From assembly GCA_038999725.1 (NCBI GenBank), contig JAWBWS010000003.1, positions 52,565-116,564 on the forward strand: 64,000 bases of DNA. Direction: 5' to 3'. The notes under the pieces are model-generated. The model did no database searches, was not told the origin of the DNA, and worked only from the letters and a program-made list of their open reading frames with translations. This DNA is from Candidatus Aenigmatarchaeota archaeon (GTDB taxonomy: Archaea > Aenigmatarchaeota > Aenigmatarchaeia > CG10238-14 > SCSR01). Below are positions 19,303 through 29,415 of the stretch, piece after piece. The translations under genes were made by a program, and so were the position numbers. How positions within the stretch are numbered: position 1 is the stretch's first letter; the number at the start of each line of letters is the position of its first letter.

Positions 19303-19421
19303 GCTCTTTATTTTTTAACTTTTTTCTATTTATTTTTGAATTTAGCCTTTAATTCTAGCCATCTAAACCTGGCCAACAAATTTATAAACATTGAAATTTC
19401 ATTCAAAAATAAGTGAGGTTG

Positions 19422-19702
19422 ATGGGCAGCCAATATGCTTCTCTAGAGAGCATGAGCAAGAGTGGAAGCGAGTTTTGCTTAGAGCTCTCAAACTGAAGTC
19501 AAAAATTCTAATAGAATTAAATTCAATTGATTTTAGCGACTCTCCCAATTTCAAGTCAGCAAGACTTACCAAGTTAGGCAAACTTGTTATTTTAACAATA
19601 TTTGAAGAAGTGGGGGAAAAATTAAGAATTAATGAAAGGTGGAAAAGTATGTTAAAACTTTTATTAAATACCTTTAATTCACAAATTAAAATATTGGGGT
19701 AG
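19422..19702 (+). pseudogene. Internally deleted and frameshifted winged-helix protein relic
   Basis: KRVLLRAL joined directly to KLKSKILIELNSIDF...ARLTKLGKLV, matching both ends of the 22212-22493 frame; the RBS-led ATG 19422 is out of frame. Confidence 0.5.
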
Positions 19703-19708
19703 AAGAAA

Positions 19709-20797
19709 ATGGATCTGGAAACAAGATTTCAACTTGTTAAAAATGTTGGAGAAGAAATAATAACAGAAGAAGAATTGAAAGAATTGCTTGCTAGGAAAAA
19801 ACATCCGGTAGCATATGATGGCTTTGAGCCTTCTGGGTTGGCCCACATAGCTTTCGGAATTTTAAGACCACTATTAATAGAGATGTTGCTCAAAGCAGGA
19901 ATTCACTTCAAACTTTACTTGGGAGACTATTTTGCTTGGATAAACAACAAGCTTGGCGGTGATTTAGAAAAAATAAGGCTTTGTGGTAAATACTTCATAG
20001 AAGTCTGGAAAGCTGCAGGCGTGGACACAAAAAAAGTTGAGTTTATTTGGGCAAGCGATTTAGCTAGTAGGAAAGAATATTGGAAGAGGGTTATATTGAT
20101 AGCAAAAAACACAACAGTTAATAGGGCAAACAGAGCTTTAACTATAATGGGGAGAAAAGCTGGAGAGATGAAAGAAGTTGCTCAATATTTCTATCCCATG
20201 ATGCAAGTTGCTGATATTTTTGAATTGGAAGTTGACATTTGCCAATTGGGTTTAGATCAGAGAAGAGCTAATATACTTGCCCGTGAGATAGGGCCAAAGT
20301 TAGGATGGTGGAAGCCTGTTGTGGTGAGTCATCATATGCTCATGAGTTTGGAAGGCGTAAAACAGCCAGAAGGTTACGATGAAAACAAAGCAATAGATAT
20401 AGCAATAAGCTCTAAGATGAGTAAGAGCAAGCCTTCGAGCGCAATTTTTATGCATGATAGTAGAGAGGAAATTTTTGAGAAAATAAGAAATGCATTTTGT
20501 CCGGAAAGAGTTGTAGAAAACAACCCAATCCTAGATTACACGAAACACATAATTTTCAGGAAGTTCAAGAGCTTGAAAGTCGAAAGACCATTAAAATATG
20601 GTGGAACGGTAGAGTTTAACTCTTACTCTGAGGTGGAGAAGGCTTTTAAACAGGGGGAGCTTCATCCTCTTGACCTGAAAAATGCTGTTGCCGATTGTTT
20701 GGACCAAATGATAAAACCTGTGAGAGAGCATTTCGAGAAAAACTCAAAGGCCAGAGAGCTTTTGAATTTGGTCAAAAGATTTGAAATCACAAGATAG
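19709..20797 (+). CDS. tyrS: Tyrosyl-tRNA synthetase
   Basis: YDGFEPSG, YPMMQVADI, GLDQR, KMSKS. Confidence 0.96.
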   Translation: MDLETRFQLVKNVGEEIITEEELKELLARKKHPVAYDGFEPSGLAHIAFGILRPLLIEMLLKAGIHFKLYLGDYFAWINNKLGGDLEKIRLCGKYFIEVWKAAGVDTKKVEFIWASDLASRKEYWKRVILIAKNTTVNRANRALTIMGRKAGEMKEVAQYFYPMMQVADIFELEVDICQLGLDQRRANILAREIGPKLGWWKPVVVSHHMLMSLEGVKQPEGYDENKAIDIAISSKMSKSKPSSAIFMHDSREEIFEKIRNAFCPERVVENNPILDYTKHIIFRKFKSLKVERPLKYGGTVEFNSYSEVEKAFKQGELHPLDLKNAVADCLDQMIKPVREHFEKNSKARELLNLVKRFEITR

Positions 20798-22087
20798 CTA
20801 AGAAATTTTCCTAAGTTTACGGATAGCAAAAAATATTGAACCAACAATCAAGATAAATAAAGCCAAAACAATAACTTCAATTTCCAAATAGCCTAGCAGA
20901 GCAAAGCAAGAAATTGTGCCAAAGAAAGCAGTGAGGGGGAATTTCCCTATATTCAAAGGAGCAACAAAACCTCTTCTTACCTTAGGCTTCATAAATCTGA
21001 GATGAATTAAGGAAAGATTTGAAGCTATGAAAGCTAGTAAAGAACTCATGCTTGTTATTTCGGCCAGTCTTCCAATATCATGTAGGAAAAGAAAAGCCAT
21101 TGACAAAACCGCAACAACAACAATTGAAACATAAGGTGTTCTCCTTTTACTATGAATTTTTGACAAAATTCTGGGTATAGAATTTTCTCTTGCCATCCCA
21201 TACATCACTCTAGAGGCACTCAAAATGAGACCAAGAGATGTGTCGGCTGTTGTTAAAAGTGCGGAAAGGGAAAAAATAATAAATGCTTTATCTCCAAAAA
21301 CTTTTGATGCTGCAAAAGCCAAAGGTGCTTGTGATCGAGAAAGTTCTTCCCAGCCCACCAAATTCAACACTGCTATCGACACCATAACATAAATAATTGT
21401 TGTTATTATCACTGAAAGGATTAAAGCCAGTGGAACGATTTTTTCCGGCTTTTTTGTCTCTTCAGCAAGATTAACCACATCTTCAAAACCAAGGTAAGCG
21501 AAGAAAACCAAAGCAGCTGCAGAAAAAACTCCTGTCAAACTGGGGGCTTCAAAATATTTTTGGAAATTTATGGGAGCTCCAAATAGACCTAAGAATATGA
21601 GGAAGAGTAAAGTTAGCAAAACGATTGAAGATGTTGTGATGAAGAATCTTGAACTTTCTTTTATCCCTAAGAAGTTTAGGAAAGAGAGTAGAAAGATGAG
21701 TGTAATTGATATAGCTACTTTAGCTAAAGGTTGTTTGATTCCAAAAAGTTCTATGAAATATCCTGAGAAGCCTAAAGAGACTGTAGCTATCCCAGAGATA
21801 AATGCAAAAATCAAAAGCCAGCCAATCAAGAAGGCCCAGAATTCACTTCCATAAGCTTTCTTCACATAAACAAAAGCTGCTCCTGTTTTGGGATACATGG
21901 ATGATAGCTCAGCATAAGTAAGGCCTGTGAAAATCGCAACAAAAGCTCCAATTAAAAAAGAAATCCAGACGGAATTACCTGCCAAGGCAGCAGCTTCACC
22001 AATTAAAGCAAAAATTCCAGCCCCAATTATCACACTTATTCCATAAAAAGTTGTTTCAAACAAACCCAACTCACGCTTAAGTTTCAT
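20798..22087 (-). CDS. APC-family amino acid permease
   Basis: IIGAGIF, YAELSS, FFAYLGFE, AEETK.P, about 12 TM segments. Confidence 0.93.
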   Translation of the reverse strand: MKLKRELGLFETTFYGISVIIGAGIFALIGEAAALAGNSVWISFLIGAFVAIFTGLTYAELSSMYPKTGAAFVYVKKAYGSEFWAFLIGWLLIFAFISGIATVSLGFSGYFIELFGIKQPLAKVAISITLIFLLSFLNFLGIKESSRFFITTSSIVLLTLLFLIFLGLFGAPINFQKYFEAPSLTGVFSAAALVFFAYLGFEDVVNLAEETKKPEKIVPLALILSVIITTIIYVMVSIAVLNLVGWEELSRSQAPLAFAASKVFGDKAFIIFSLSALLTTADTSLGLILSASRVMYGMARENSIPRILSKIHSKRRTPYVSIVVVAVLSMAFLFLHDIGRLAEITSMSSLLAFIASNLSLIHLRFMKPKVRRGFVAPLNIGKFPLTAFFGTISCFALLGYLEIEVIVLALFILIVGSIFFAIRKLRKIS

Positions 22088-22200
22088 ATTTTATAAAAAG
22101 GATTTTAAAAGATAAGAAATTAAAATTCAAACACCTACGTAAAAAAATTGCACAATAAATTTAAATAGTTGGATATCCATTTTTCTCTTAAGGGTTAAAG

Positions 22201-22493
22201 ATGGTGGTTAAGCCCCAATCCAAGGCAAGCTAAAAATCCTTCTCCTCAGAGTTTTCACTAAACATCAAATTCTTCTTATTAAAGAAATAGTAAATAACAA
22301 TGCATCTATAACACAAATTCTCAAAAAAATTCATCTAAGAGATAAATTGCCGGAAGCTACACTTCGGTACAATGCAAGAAAATTGCAAGAGCTGGGATTG
22401 ATAAAGTTCGGTAACAAGTTTAATAAAGGGGTGAATGCAGAATTAACTCCTCTTGGAAAACTCGTGTATGAAATTTTGAATAGAAAAGGGTGA
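22201..22493 (+). pseudogene. Winged-helix DNA-binding protein, frameshifted near its start (not in the ORF track)
   Basis: Frame 22212-22493: LKILLLRVF...SITQILKKI...LPEATLRYNARKLQELGLIKF...AELTPLGKLV; ATG 22201 is in another frame. Confidence 0.65.
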
Positions 22494-22565
22494 TGACAAT
22501 GTTTGCAAAGTTAAATTTGATGAAATATTTAAAATAAAAATCGGAATAAAATTAAAGGGGAGATT

Positions 22566-23852
22566 ATGCTGGATATAAAGCTTATCAGAGAGAACCCAAA
22601 TCTTGTTAGGGAAAATTTGAGGAAAAGGCAAGATCCTGAAAAACTAAAGCTTTTGGAAGAGGTCATAAATCTAGATAAAAGTTGGAGGGAGACACAAACA
22701 GAAATAAACAAACTCAGACAAAAGAGGAATGATTTGAGCAGAAAGATATCAGCGATGAAAAAGGAAGGAAAAGATATTACAAAACTTTTGGAGGAAGCCG
22801 AGAAAATTCCCGATGAAATAAAAAAATTGGAAAAAAAGGCTGAAGAGCTCCAACAAAAAATAAGATATGGCTTGCTGAGACTTCCAAATCTTTTGGACGA
22901 GAGTGTGCCCTACGGTAAAGATGAAAATGATAATGTGGAAATAAGGAGATGGGGTTCCCCACCAAAGTTTGATTTTGATCCAAAAAGTCATTTGGAGATA
23001 TTGAAGAATTTGGATTTGATAGATCAAGAAAGGGCAGCAAGAGCAGCATGTGCTGGCTTCTTCTACTTCAAAGAAGAGCTTGTTTTGTTGGATTTGGCGA
23101 TTCAAAGGTTTGCGATAGACTTTCTCAGAAAAAAAGGCTTCATTTTGATTGAACCACCTTTCATGATAAACAGGCAAGCTTATGAAGGCATGATTGATCC
23201 AGGTGATTTTGAAACAATGACTTATAAAATTGAAGGCGAGCCCCTCTATTTAATAGCAACAGCTGAACATCCTTTAGGAGCAATGTTTATGAATGAAGTT
23301 TTTGACAAAAAAGATTTGCCCTTAAAACTTTGTGGAGTTTCCCCTTGTTTCAGGAAAGAGATTGGAGCACATGGAAAATTCACTAAAGGTTTGTTCAGGA
23401 TGCATCAATTCAACAAGGTTGAGCAATTTATTTTTTGTTTGCCAGAGCAAAGTAAAGAGATGCATGAAGAAATACAAAGGAATTCTGAAGAACTTTATCA
23501 ACAGCTTGGCTTACATTATCGTGTTGTTCTTGTCTGCACTGGTGATATGGGTACTGTAGCTGCAAAGAAGTATGATATCGAATGCTGGATGGCTGATGGA
23601 AAATTTAGAGAAACAGGGAGCAATTCAAACTGTACAGACTATCAAGCTCGCAGATTGAACATAAGATATAGGGAAGGTCCTGGAAAGCCGCCAGCTGGCT
23701 TTGTCCATACCTTGAACAACACAGCTTTAGCCACAAGCAGGACAATGATAGCTATCATTGAACAATTCCAGCAAAAAGATGGGAGTGTTATAATTCCCAA
23801 AGTTCTGAGACCTTACATGAATGGCATCGAAAGGTTAGAAAAAAAGAGTTAG
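22566..23852 (+). CDS. serS: Seryl-tRNA synthetase
   Basis: MLDIKLIREN coiled coil, ATAEH, FRKE, GLFRMHQF.KVE, SNCTDYQARR, HTLN. Confidence 0.97.
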   Translation: MLDIKLIRENPNLVRENLRKRQDPEKLKLLEEVINLDKSWRETQTEINKLRQKRNDLSRKISAMKKEGKDITKLLEEAEKIPDEIKKLEKKAEELQQKIRYGLLRLPNLLDESVPYGKDENDNVEIRRWGSPPKFDFDPKSHLEILKNLDLIDQERAARAACAGFFYFKEELVLLDLAIQRFAIDFLRKKGFILIEPPFMINRQAYEGMIDPGDFETMTYKIEGEPLYLIATAEHPLGAMFMNEVFDKKDLPLKLCGVSPCFRKEIGAHGKFTKGLFRMHQFNKVEQFIFCLPEQSKEMHEEIQRNSEELYQQLGLHYRVVLVCTGDMGTVAAKKYDIECWMADGKFRETGSNSNCTDYQARRLNIRYREGPGKPPAGFVHTLNNTALATSRTMIAIIEQFQQKDGSVIIPKVLRPYMNGIERLEKKS

Positions 23853-23885
23853 CTTCCTTTTTTCTTAAGATTAAAAGGTTTTAAA

Positions 23886-24755
23886 TTAAAAAGCAAAATT
23901 CATGAAAAGGAATAACAAGTCACCGAAAAATAAAGTGAAGACCAAAGCTAAAGGGAATGTTGGTGCAAATCTCACACCTTCTTTAATCCAAACAAATTTC
24001 TTCCCAGATTTTTTAATTTTTTCCAATTCTTTTTCGGTTATCCCTTCCCAAACTTTGCTTTCAAGCAAAACATCACCAACTTTAAGCTTCGAGATGTGGA
24101 TCTTTCTTTTGAACGCTTTCTCCTCAACAGCTTTAACAAAAATCCAGAGTAAAAACAAGAGGAAAGTTAGGGCCAAGGCCAAGAGAGAATTTGAAAATAT
24201 GAGATGAAAATTCACGGGTAATGCAAAGAAGTTGAAGAGCAAAATGTTTCCAAGAGAAAAGAGAAGAAATAAAGCTATTATTGAGGCTACAATAATTTTG
24301 GAGCTTGATTTCACATTTTTCAAAAACTCCTTGATAATTTTTTTGTTAAAGAGTGCGAGCACAAAAGCATAAACTAGCATGTAGGCAGCACCAACTATGA
24401 AAACATTCAAAAGGTAGCTGAAGGAAAAGGTGAAACGAAGATTTTTAGCCAAAGGTGAGATGAAGGGAGAAAAAAAGCCAATGGCAGCCAGAACTTTGGC
24501 ATCACCACCTCCCCATTGCCCAAGTCTGTACATTAAAAAGCCAAAGGCGAGGAGAGAAATTCCGTGTAATAGACTTTCAATTAGGGGGACAAGGCTCAAC
24601 TCAAACAAACTTTTGAAAAAAGCCAAAATCAAAGCCAATGCAATCATGGTATGGGGAATTTCGTCAGGAATTTCAGTTGGCGTTATTTTGAGGTCAAAAG
24701 CTGCTGCTAGAGAAGAACCAAAAAGAGCGATTAAAAAACCAATTAATTCCAACAT
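23886..24755 (-). CDS. A24 prepilin/preflagellin peptidase
   Basis: AAFDLK..EIPD, WGGGDAK, RFAPTF, multiple TM segments. Confidence 0.88.
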   Translation of the reverse strand: MLELIGFLIALFGSSLAAAFDLKITPTEIPDEIPHTMIALALILAFFKSLFELSLVPLIESLLHGISLLAFGFLMYRLGQWGGGDAKVLAAIGFFSPFISPLAKNLRFTFSFSYLLNVFIVGAAYMLVYAFVLALFNKKIIKEFLKNVKSSSKIIVASIIALFLLFSLGNILLFNFFALPVNFHLIFSNSLLALALTFLLFLLWIFVKAVEEKAFKRKIHISKLKVGDVLLESKVWEGITEKELEKIKKSGKKFVWIKEGVRFAPTFPLALVFTLFFGDLLFLFMNFAF

Positions 24756-24792
24756 ATAAATTTATTTTGTAGCTTGAACTATTAAATTAGAG

Positions 24793-24939
24793 CTAAGAAT
24801 ATTTTTTGAAACCAATCTTCTTCGCCTCTTCCCTAAAACATTGCCTGCAATAAAAAAGACCGTACTTGCTTATTATTCCTCTACCAACCCTCCCACACTT
24901 CCTACAAACCCTTCTTGCCTTTCCATATTTATGAGGCAT
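24793..24939 (-). CDS. rps14: Ribosomal protein uS14 (not in the ORF track)
   Basis: [16 protein letters not shown]...[19 protein letters not shown]. Confidence 0.96.
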   Translation of the reverse strand: MPHKYGKARRVCRKCGRVGRGIISKYGLFYCRQCFREEAKKIGFKKYS

Positions 24940-25128
24940 TCAACCACCAAAATCTCCAAAAATCTCAACGATGTCCACAAATCCAAAGGCTTCCATTTTA
25001 ACTATATGTTCAAAAACTCTTGTGTAAACTTTTTCGAAATCCTTTTCCATTTCAGCTTTCCTCAAAATTGCTCCATTCAGCTTCACCAGAATTTCATCTT
25101 CAATTTCACACAAAATTTCTTCACTCAA
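24940..25128 (-). CDS. Small acidic hypothetical protein between uL5 and uS14
   Basis: 62 aa; overlaps the uL5 stop and abuts the uS14 start. Confidence 0.6.
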   Translation of the reverse strand: MSEEILCEIEDEILVKLNGAILRKAEMEKDFEKVYTRVFEHIVKMEAFGFVDIVEIFGDFGG

Positions 25129-25627
25129 TTATCTCCACCCCAAAATTGTTTTTCACCCATTCCATAGCCTCTTCTCTAGTGATTTTATGTTTTGTGGGTA
25201 TTTTTCTCTTCTGAATTCTTCTATATTTTATTCTGTAGCCACGCCTCTTTAAACTCACACAAACATCCAAACCAAACATACCAACTTCATGGGAATATTT
25301 CACTCCAGGTATGTCTATGTATTCCTTTATTCCAAAACTGAAATTTCCATCTTTATCAAACTGAGAAGATTTGAGTCTTTTTTCCACAGCATGTAGAGCC
25401 TTTTTTAAAAAATCTTCAGCTTCCTTCTTCCTTAGAGTTATCATAACCCCTACCGGCTTTCCTTTTGCAATTCCGAAAGTGCTTCTTTTCTTTGACTTTG
25501 TTATTGCAGGTTTCCTTCCAGTTAAAATTTCCAAGAGCTTCTTCGCCCTTTCAATTTTTTGAAGATCGCCAGCACATCCAATGTTGAGTGTGAGTTTATC
25601 TATTTCAATTCTTCTCATGGGATTCAT
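25121..25627 (-). CDS. rpl5: Ribosomal protein uL5
   Basis: MNPMR, TLR, GNFSFGI.EYID.PG. Confidence 0.97.
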   Translation of the reverse strand: MNPMRRIEIDKLTLNIGCAGDLQKIERAKKLLEILTGRKPAITKSKKRSTFGIAKGKPVGVMITLRKKEAEDFLKKALHAVEKRLKSSQFDKDGNFSFGIKEYIDIPGVKYSHEVGMFGLDVCVSLKRRGYRIKYRRIQKRKIPTKHKITREEAMEWVKNNFGVEIIE

Positions 25628-26325
25628 TCAACCACCCTTATCACTGGGCTTTCTCTACCAACTAGAAAGAAATAGTCAAAAATGACTTCCAACATTTTAC
25701 CTTCACTTTCACATATAACTTTCCTGGGTTCAAGCGATCTCTTGACAACTATTTCCACAACTTTAGCAAGCTTTCCAGCATTTTTCCCTTTCAGTATTAG
25801 CCCTACTGCTCCCTTTTCTAGCTTGAAGTGGTCAAGAATCTTGAGAGAGGGTAATTCTACAAGGATAGAATCCCCAACCTTGTAAACATCTTCCTCCACT
25901 AACAAATTTTTACCATCATGAAAGTTAAGTTGAGTCCTTCCTCCCTTCACAACCCTTTTATTCCTTATGTTTAAAATTTTCATGTTTGCTTCCTTTTCCG
26001 GAATTTCGATAAGCTTTAAACCCTTTTCAAAGGGGACAATTCTGTAATTTTTGTTCAACTTTGGGATTGAGATAACATCCATCAAGCCGGCAGGATAGCC
26101 TGGATCCTTTCTTGGTTTTCCATCAACCAAAATTTCCCCCATTTTAATTATCAATCTTGCCTCCCTTCCCTTCTCGACCAAACCCAAAATATCCCTCACG
26201 ATAACCAAAAGTGGAATGCATTCAAATTTCTTATGTGGCCCAGGACTTGGTGAAACTACCCAAGTAGTCAGTTTCTTCGGTACTTTCCAAAATTCTGGTG
26301 CTAAAAGTCTTTTCAACTTTCCCAT
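25624..26325 (-). CDS. rps4e: Ribosomal protein eS4
   Basis: LKRL.AP..W, PGPH, GLMDVI, QLNFHDG. Confidence 0.97.
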   Translation of the reverse strand: MGKLKRLLAPEFWKVPKKLTTWVVSPSPGPHKKFECIPLLVIVRDILGLVEKGREARLIIKMGEILVDGKPRKDPGYPAGLMDVISIPKLNKNYRIVPFEKGLKLIEIPEKEANMKILNIRNKRVVKGGRTQLNFHDGKNLLVEEDVYKVGDSILVELPSLKILDHFKLEKGAVGLILKGKNAGKLAKVVEIVVKRSLEPRKVICESEGKMLEVIFDYFFLVGRESPVIRVVE

Positions 26326-26329
26326 TTTC

Positions 26330-26701
26330 TCACTTCTTTATTTTTCTTTCAAGCATCTCCACCCTTTTCTTATCATCTAAATTCAAGCTTATAATCTTTA
26401 AATTTGAGGGATGAATTGGAACTTGAACTTCAGCTCCTGTTGTTTTCTTTCTCGTTACACCTTCTATATAGACTTTGTAATTTTTCAAGTCAACTTTTGA
26501 AATCTTTCCCCTTTTTCCCTTGAAAGCTCCAACCATAATTTCAACTTCATCTCCTTTTCTCACAGGTAAACTCCTTCTCTTGTATTTTTCTCTTAGCTCT
26601 TTTGACAAATGGGCTGCCATCATCTTTCTCCTTACATGTAGAGGAGCTGTAAGTAAAAACTTCCTTTGTTTCCTCGCCTTTTTGGATTTTGGTCTTTTCA
26701 T
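26330..26701 (-). CDS. rpl24: Ribosomal protein uL24
   Basis: RKQRK, LSKELR, VRKGD, IHPSN. Confidence 0.97.
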   Translation of the reverse strand: MKRPKSKKARKQRKFLLTAPLHVRRKMMAAHLSKELREKYKRRSLPVRKGDEVEIMVGAFKGKRGKISKVDLKNYKVYIEGVTRKKTTGAEVQVPIHPSNLKIISLNLDDKKRVEMLERKIKK

Positions 26702-27100
26702 TCAAACCACCATGCTTGCAATTTTTCCTATTGATGAAAATCTCTCTACAGCTTCCTTTGCCACGGGCCCTTTTATTTCTGTCCCTTTTGGTTCAAAATT
26801 CTCATCAACTATAACTGCAGCATTATCTTCAAAACTCACCCTGAGCCCAGAGGGTCTTCTGTATTCAGCCTTTTGCCTTATTATAACAGCATTAACAACC
26901 TGTTTCCTCATCTTTACTTCACCTTTTTTAACAGAGCATTTAACAACATCACCAACACCAGCTCTCGGTTGTCTCCTTCTCACTCCCTTGTAACCAAAAA
27001 CAGAAATTATTTGCAAAACTTTAGCTCCAGTATTATCCGCACAATTCAAATAACTTCCGACATTCAAAGCTTTTGTCACACTCGCCTTAACAGCTTTCAT
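26702..27100 (-). CDS. rpl14: Ribosomal protein uL14
   Basis: [22 protein letters not shown]. Confidence 0.97.
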   Translation of the reverse strand: MKAVKASVTKALNVGSYLNCADNTGAKVLQIISVFGYKGVRRRQPRAGVGDVVKCSVKKGEVKMRKQVVNAVIIRQKAEYRRPSGLRVSFEDNAAVIVDENFEPKGTEIKGPVAKEAVERFSSIGKIASMVV

Positions 27101-27477
27101 TTCCCTCTCCTCTCTACCACTTCAACCACGACAAAAGCTTTAGTCTTGCTCAAAGCTCTACACTCGGCTATTTTAACTATATCACCCTCCTTCGCATCTA
27201 TGCATTCTGGATTATAAGCAGCAATTCTCGAATGTCTTCTTTCATATCTTTCATACTTTGGAACATAGTGTAAATAATTTCTTTCTATTATTGCAGTTTT
27301 TTGTGCTTTTGTTGAAACAACTTTACCTTGAAGTATTTTTCCACGAATTTTCAAGTGACCATGAAAAGGACACTTCCTATCCTTACAAACTGATTTGGGT
27401 GGGTTAACATCTATACCAATATCCCTTGTTGTTTTTTCTTTCAATTTCTCACCTTCGGGCTTAAATTTTATTTTCAT
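27097..27477 (-). CDS. rps17: Ribosomal protein uS17
   Basis: [22 protein letters not shown]. Confidence 0.97.
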   Translation of the reverse strand: MKIKFKPEGEKLKEKTTRDIGIDVNPPKSVCKDRKCPFHGHLKIRGKILQGKVVSTKAQKTAIIERNYLHYVPKYERYERRHSRIAAYNPECIDAKEGDIVKIAECRALSKTKAFVVVEVVERRGK

Positions 27478-27556
27478 CCAATATTTTAATCTTTTGGATT
27501 TTGAACTTTTAATTCTTTAAAAATATAGGATAAAAGTTTATAGGATTTTGGATGAG

Positions 27557-27841
27557 TCACCATCTCATAAACTTCTTTTTAATCCTATCTTCAGGTCTTG
27601 CCACCAAGATTTTACCTTCTACTTCAACTTTTTCACCAGAAGGTAAAGTGAAAATGAAAACAGAGTTTGCCTTCGGTATTATTTTTTCTCTCCCTTCTTC
27701 CGTTTCTATCTTGAAGGTTTTATAGGTTTCATCTATGATTTTACCTTTCAAACCTTTTTGTGTGGGGTCGGTAGATTTAGCTATTTTAACCTCTAAACCA
27801 ATTAGCTCATGTCTAACCAAGTTTTTTGGTGTTATTGGCAT
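27557..27841 (-). CDS. rnp1: RNase P protein subunit p29
   Basis: HELIGL, G.IIDET, RPEDRIK. Confidence 0.95.
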   Translation of the reverse strand: MPITPKNLVRHELIGLEVKIAKSTDPTQKGLKGKIIDETYKTFKIETEEGREKIIPKANSVFIFTLPSGEKVEVEGKILVARPEDRIKKKFMRW

Positions 27842-27861
27842 AAGATAAATTTTAATTGAAT

Positions 27862-28197
27862 TTAACTTATCTCTATCTGTTCAGCTTGATAGCCAAGTTT
27901 GATGAGCAAGTCTTTAAGTTTGTTCCTGTGGTCACCTTGAAGTTCTATGTGGTTGTTTTTAAAAGTTCCTCCACAAGCCAATTTTGATTTTAAATGAGAA
28001 GCAATTTCTTTAGCATTTTCCTTTATACCCTCAATTATTGTTATTGGTTTGCCAAACTTCCTCTTTTCTATGTAAATCTTTATCTTCTCTTCTTCCCTTT
28101 CTAAAGCTCTGCAAGTACAAAGCTCTGTAGGTAAACCACACTTTGAACAAATTCCAAGAGATGCAGGAGCTCCACAAGTTGGGCAAACCTCTGTCAT
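27862..28197 (-). CDS. sui1: Translation initiation factor aIF1/SUI1
   Basis: CGLP.ELC.C, LKSKLACGGT, IELQGDH. Confidence 0.95.
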   Translation of the reverse strand: MTEVCPTCGAPASLGICSKCGLPTELCTCRALEREEEKIKIYIEKRKFGKPITIIEGIKENAKEIASHLKSKLACGGTFKNNHIELQGDHRNKLKDLLIKLGYQAEQIEIS

Positions 28198-28199
28198 CT

Positions 28200-28406
28200 C
28201 TACTTCTTTCCCTCTCTTCTTTCTTTTTTTATTGTAAGGATTCTAGCAATGGTCTTTCTTATTTGTCTTATTCTTCCAGGATTTTTTATAGGCCTCCCCA
28301 ATTTTATGTTTCCCCGTTCTTTAAGAAGTTCTAATTTTAGTTCAGAAAGCTTTTTATCCAATTCTTCTTCTTTGAGTTCTCTCAGCTGTTTAATCGCCTT
28401 CAACAA
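28200..28406 (-). CDS. rpl29: Ribosomal protein uL29
   Basis: NPGRIRQIRKTIARILT; start estimated (TTG after AGGAGG). Confidence 0.93.
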   Translation of the reverse strand: MLKAIKQLRELKEEELDKKLSELKLELLKERGNIKLGRPIKNPGRIRQIRKTIARILTIKKERREGKK

Positions 28407-29052
28407 CCTTTTCCTCCTTTCTTTCTTTTTCTTTTTCAACTATAAATTCTTTTTCTTCCCCACCTTTCTCAAATACAAATTCCTTTGGCATCTTTTTCAT
28501 TATCTTCACTTCTATCCCAACTATTCCAGGTTTAATTTTGGCCTGTGCATAGCTAGTTTCAACAAGTGTTTCAGCATAATCACCAGAAAAAGCCACAAAC
28601 CCTTTTTTAAATTTCTGAAATCTTGATCTTTCTTTACCAGCAAGCTTTCCTCCAATCTTAATTTGAACTCCTATAGCACCGGCCTTCATCACCTCATCTA
28701 AATAGTAATTTGCAACTTTCTTGTAGTTTATTCCCCTTTCAATTGCATTCGCAACCCTTCTTGCAACTATGTGCGCATCCAGGAAAGGATTTGCAACTTC
28801 CTTTACATCGATAAGCGGATTTTCAAAATTAAACTTCTTTTTTATTTCTTCAGTTATCTCTTCAACTTTCTTTCCAGACCTTCCAACCACAAGACCAGGT
28901 TTATGAGCAAAAATTATGAGCCTTGTTCCCAAGGGTGTTCTCTGGATTTCTGTATGACTGTACCCAGCCTTCTCAAATTTCTTTGCCAAATAAGCTTCAA
29001 CCTCGGATTCTTTTATTCCTTCCTTAACAAAAATCTTCTCGGTTGCCATCAT
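28390..29052 (-). CDS. rps3: Ribosomal protein uS3
   Basis: TPLGT, PGLVVGRSG, GAIG, GIVGIEV. Confidence 0.96.
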   Translation of the reverse strand: MMATEKIFVKEGIKESEVEAYLAKKFEKAGYSHTEIQRTPLGTRLIIFAHKPGLVVGRSGKKVEEITEEIKKKFNFENPLIDVKEVANPFLDAHIVARRVANAIERGINYKKVANYYLDEVMKAGAIGVQIKIGGKLAGKERSRFQKFKKGFVAFSGDYAETLVETSYAQAKIKPGIVGIEVKIMKKMPKEFVFEKGGEEKEFIVEKEKERKEEKVVEGD

Positions 29053-29408
29053 CTTTCCTCCAGCTCTACAGTTAAATTAACGGCTTTCCTCCTTTGCCTT
29101 CGAAGATGCCATAAACTTCTCGGCCTGTAGAATCTTAAGCCTTTATCTGCTTTTATTTCTTTGAGAAAAAGCCTACCAGGATTCAACCCCTTTTGTCTTG
29201 CGTTGGCTTCAGCTGTTTTCAGGAGTTCCAAGAACTTGTTTGCGGCTTTTGTGTAGTACTTTCCTTTTATGTTTATTTTCTTGGAGAGCAAATCTTCCAA
29301 AAATTTTTTTGCTTTCTCAAGTTTTTTTCTTTTCAAACTTTTACAAAGGACTAGAGAGTGCTTCAAAGAGATTCTTGCATTTGAGATTTTTGCTGTTGCT
29401 GTTTTCAT
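29049..29408 (-). CDS. rpl22: Ribosomal protein uL22 (short)
   Basis: RISLKHS, AEANA..KGL; lies between S19 and S3. Confidence 0.9.
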   Translation of the reverse strand: MKTATAKISNARISLKHSLVLCKSLKRKKLEKAKKFLEDLLSKKINIKGKYYTKAANKFLELLKTAEANARQKGLNPGRLFLKEIKADKGLRFYRPRSLWHLRRQRRKAVNLTVELEER

Positions 29409-29415
29409 GTTATCA

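Noticed and set aside
27862..28197. SUI1 inside the S10 cluster
   Set aside because: The L29-SUI1-Rnp1-S17 order is already known in several archaeal groups
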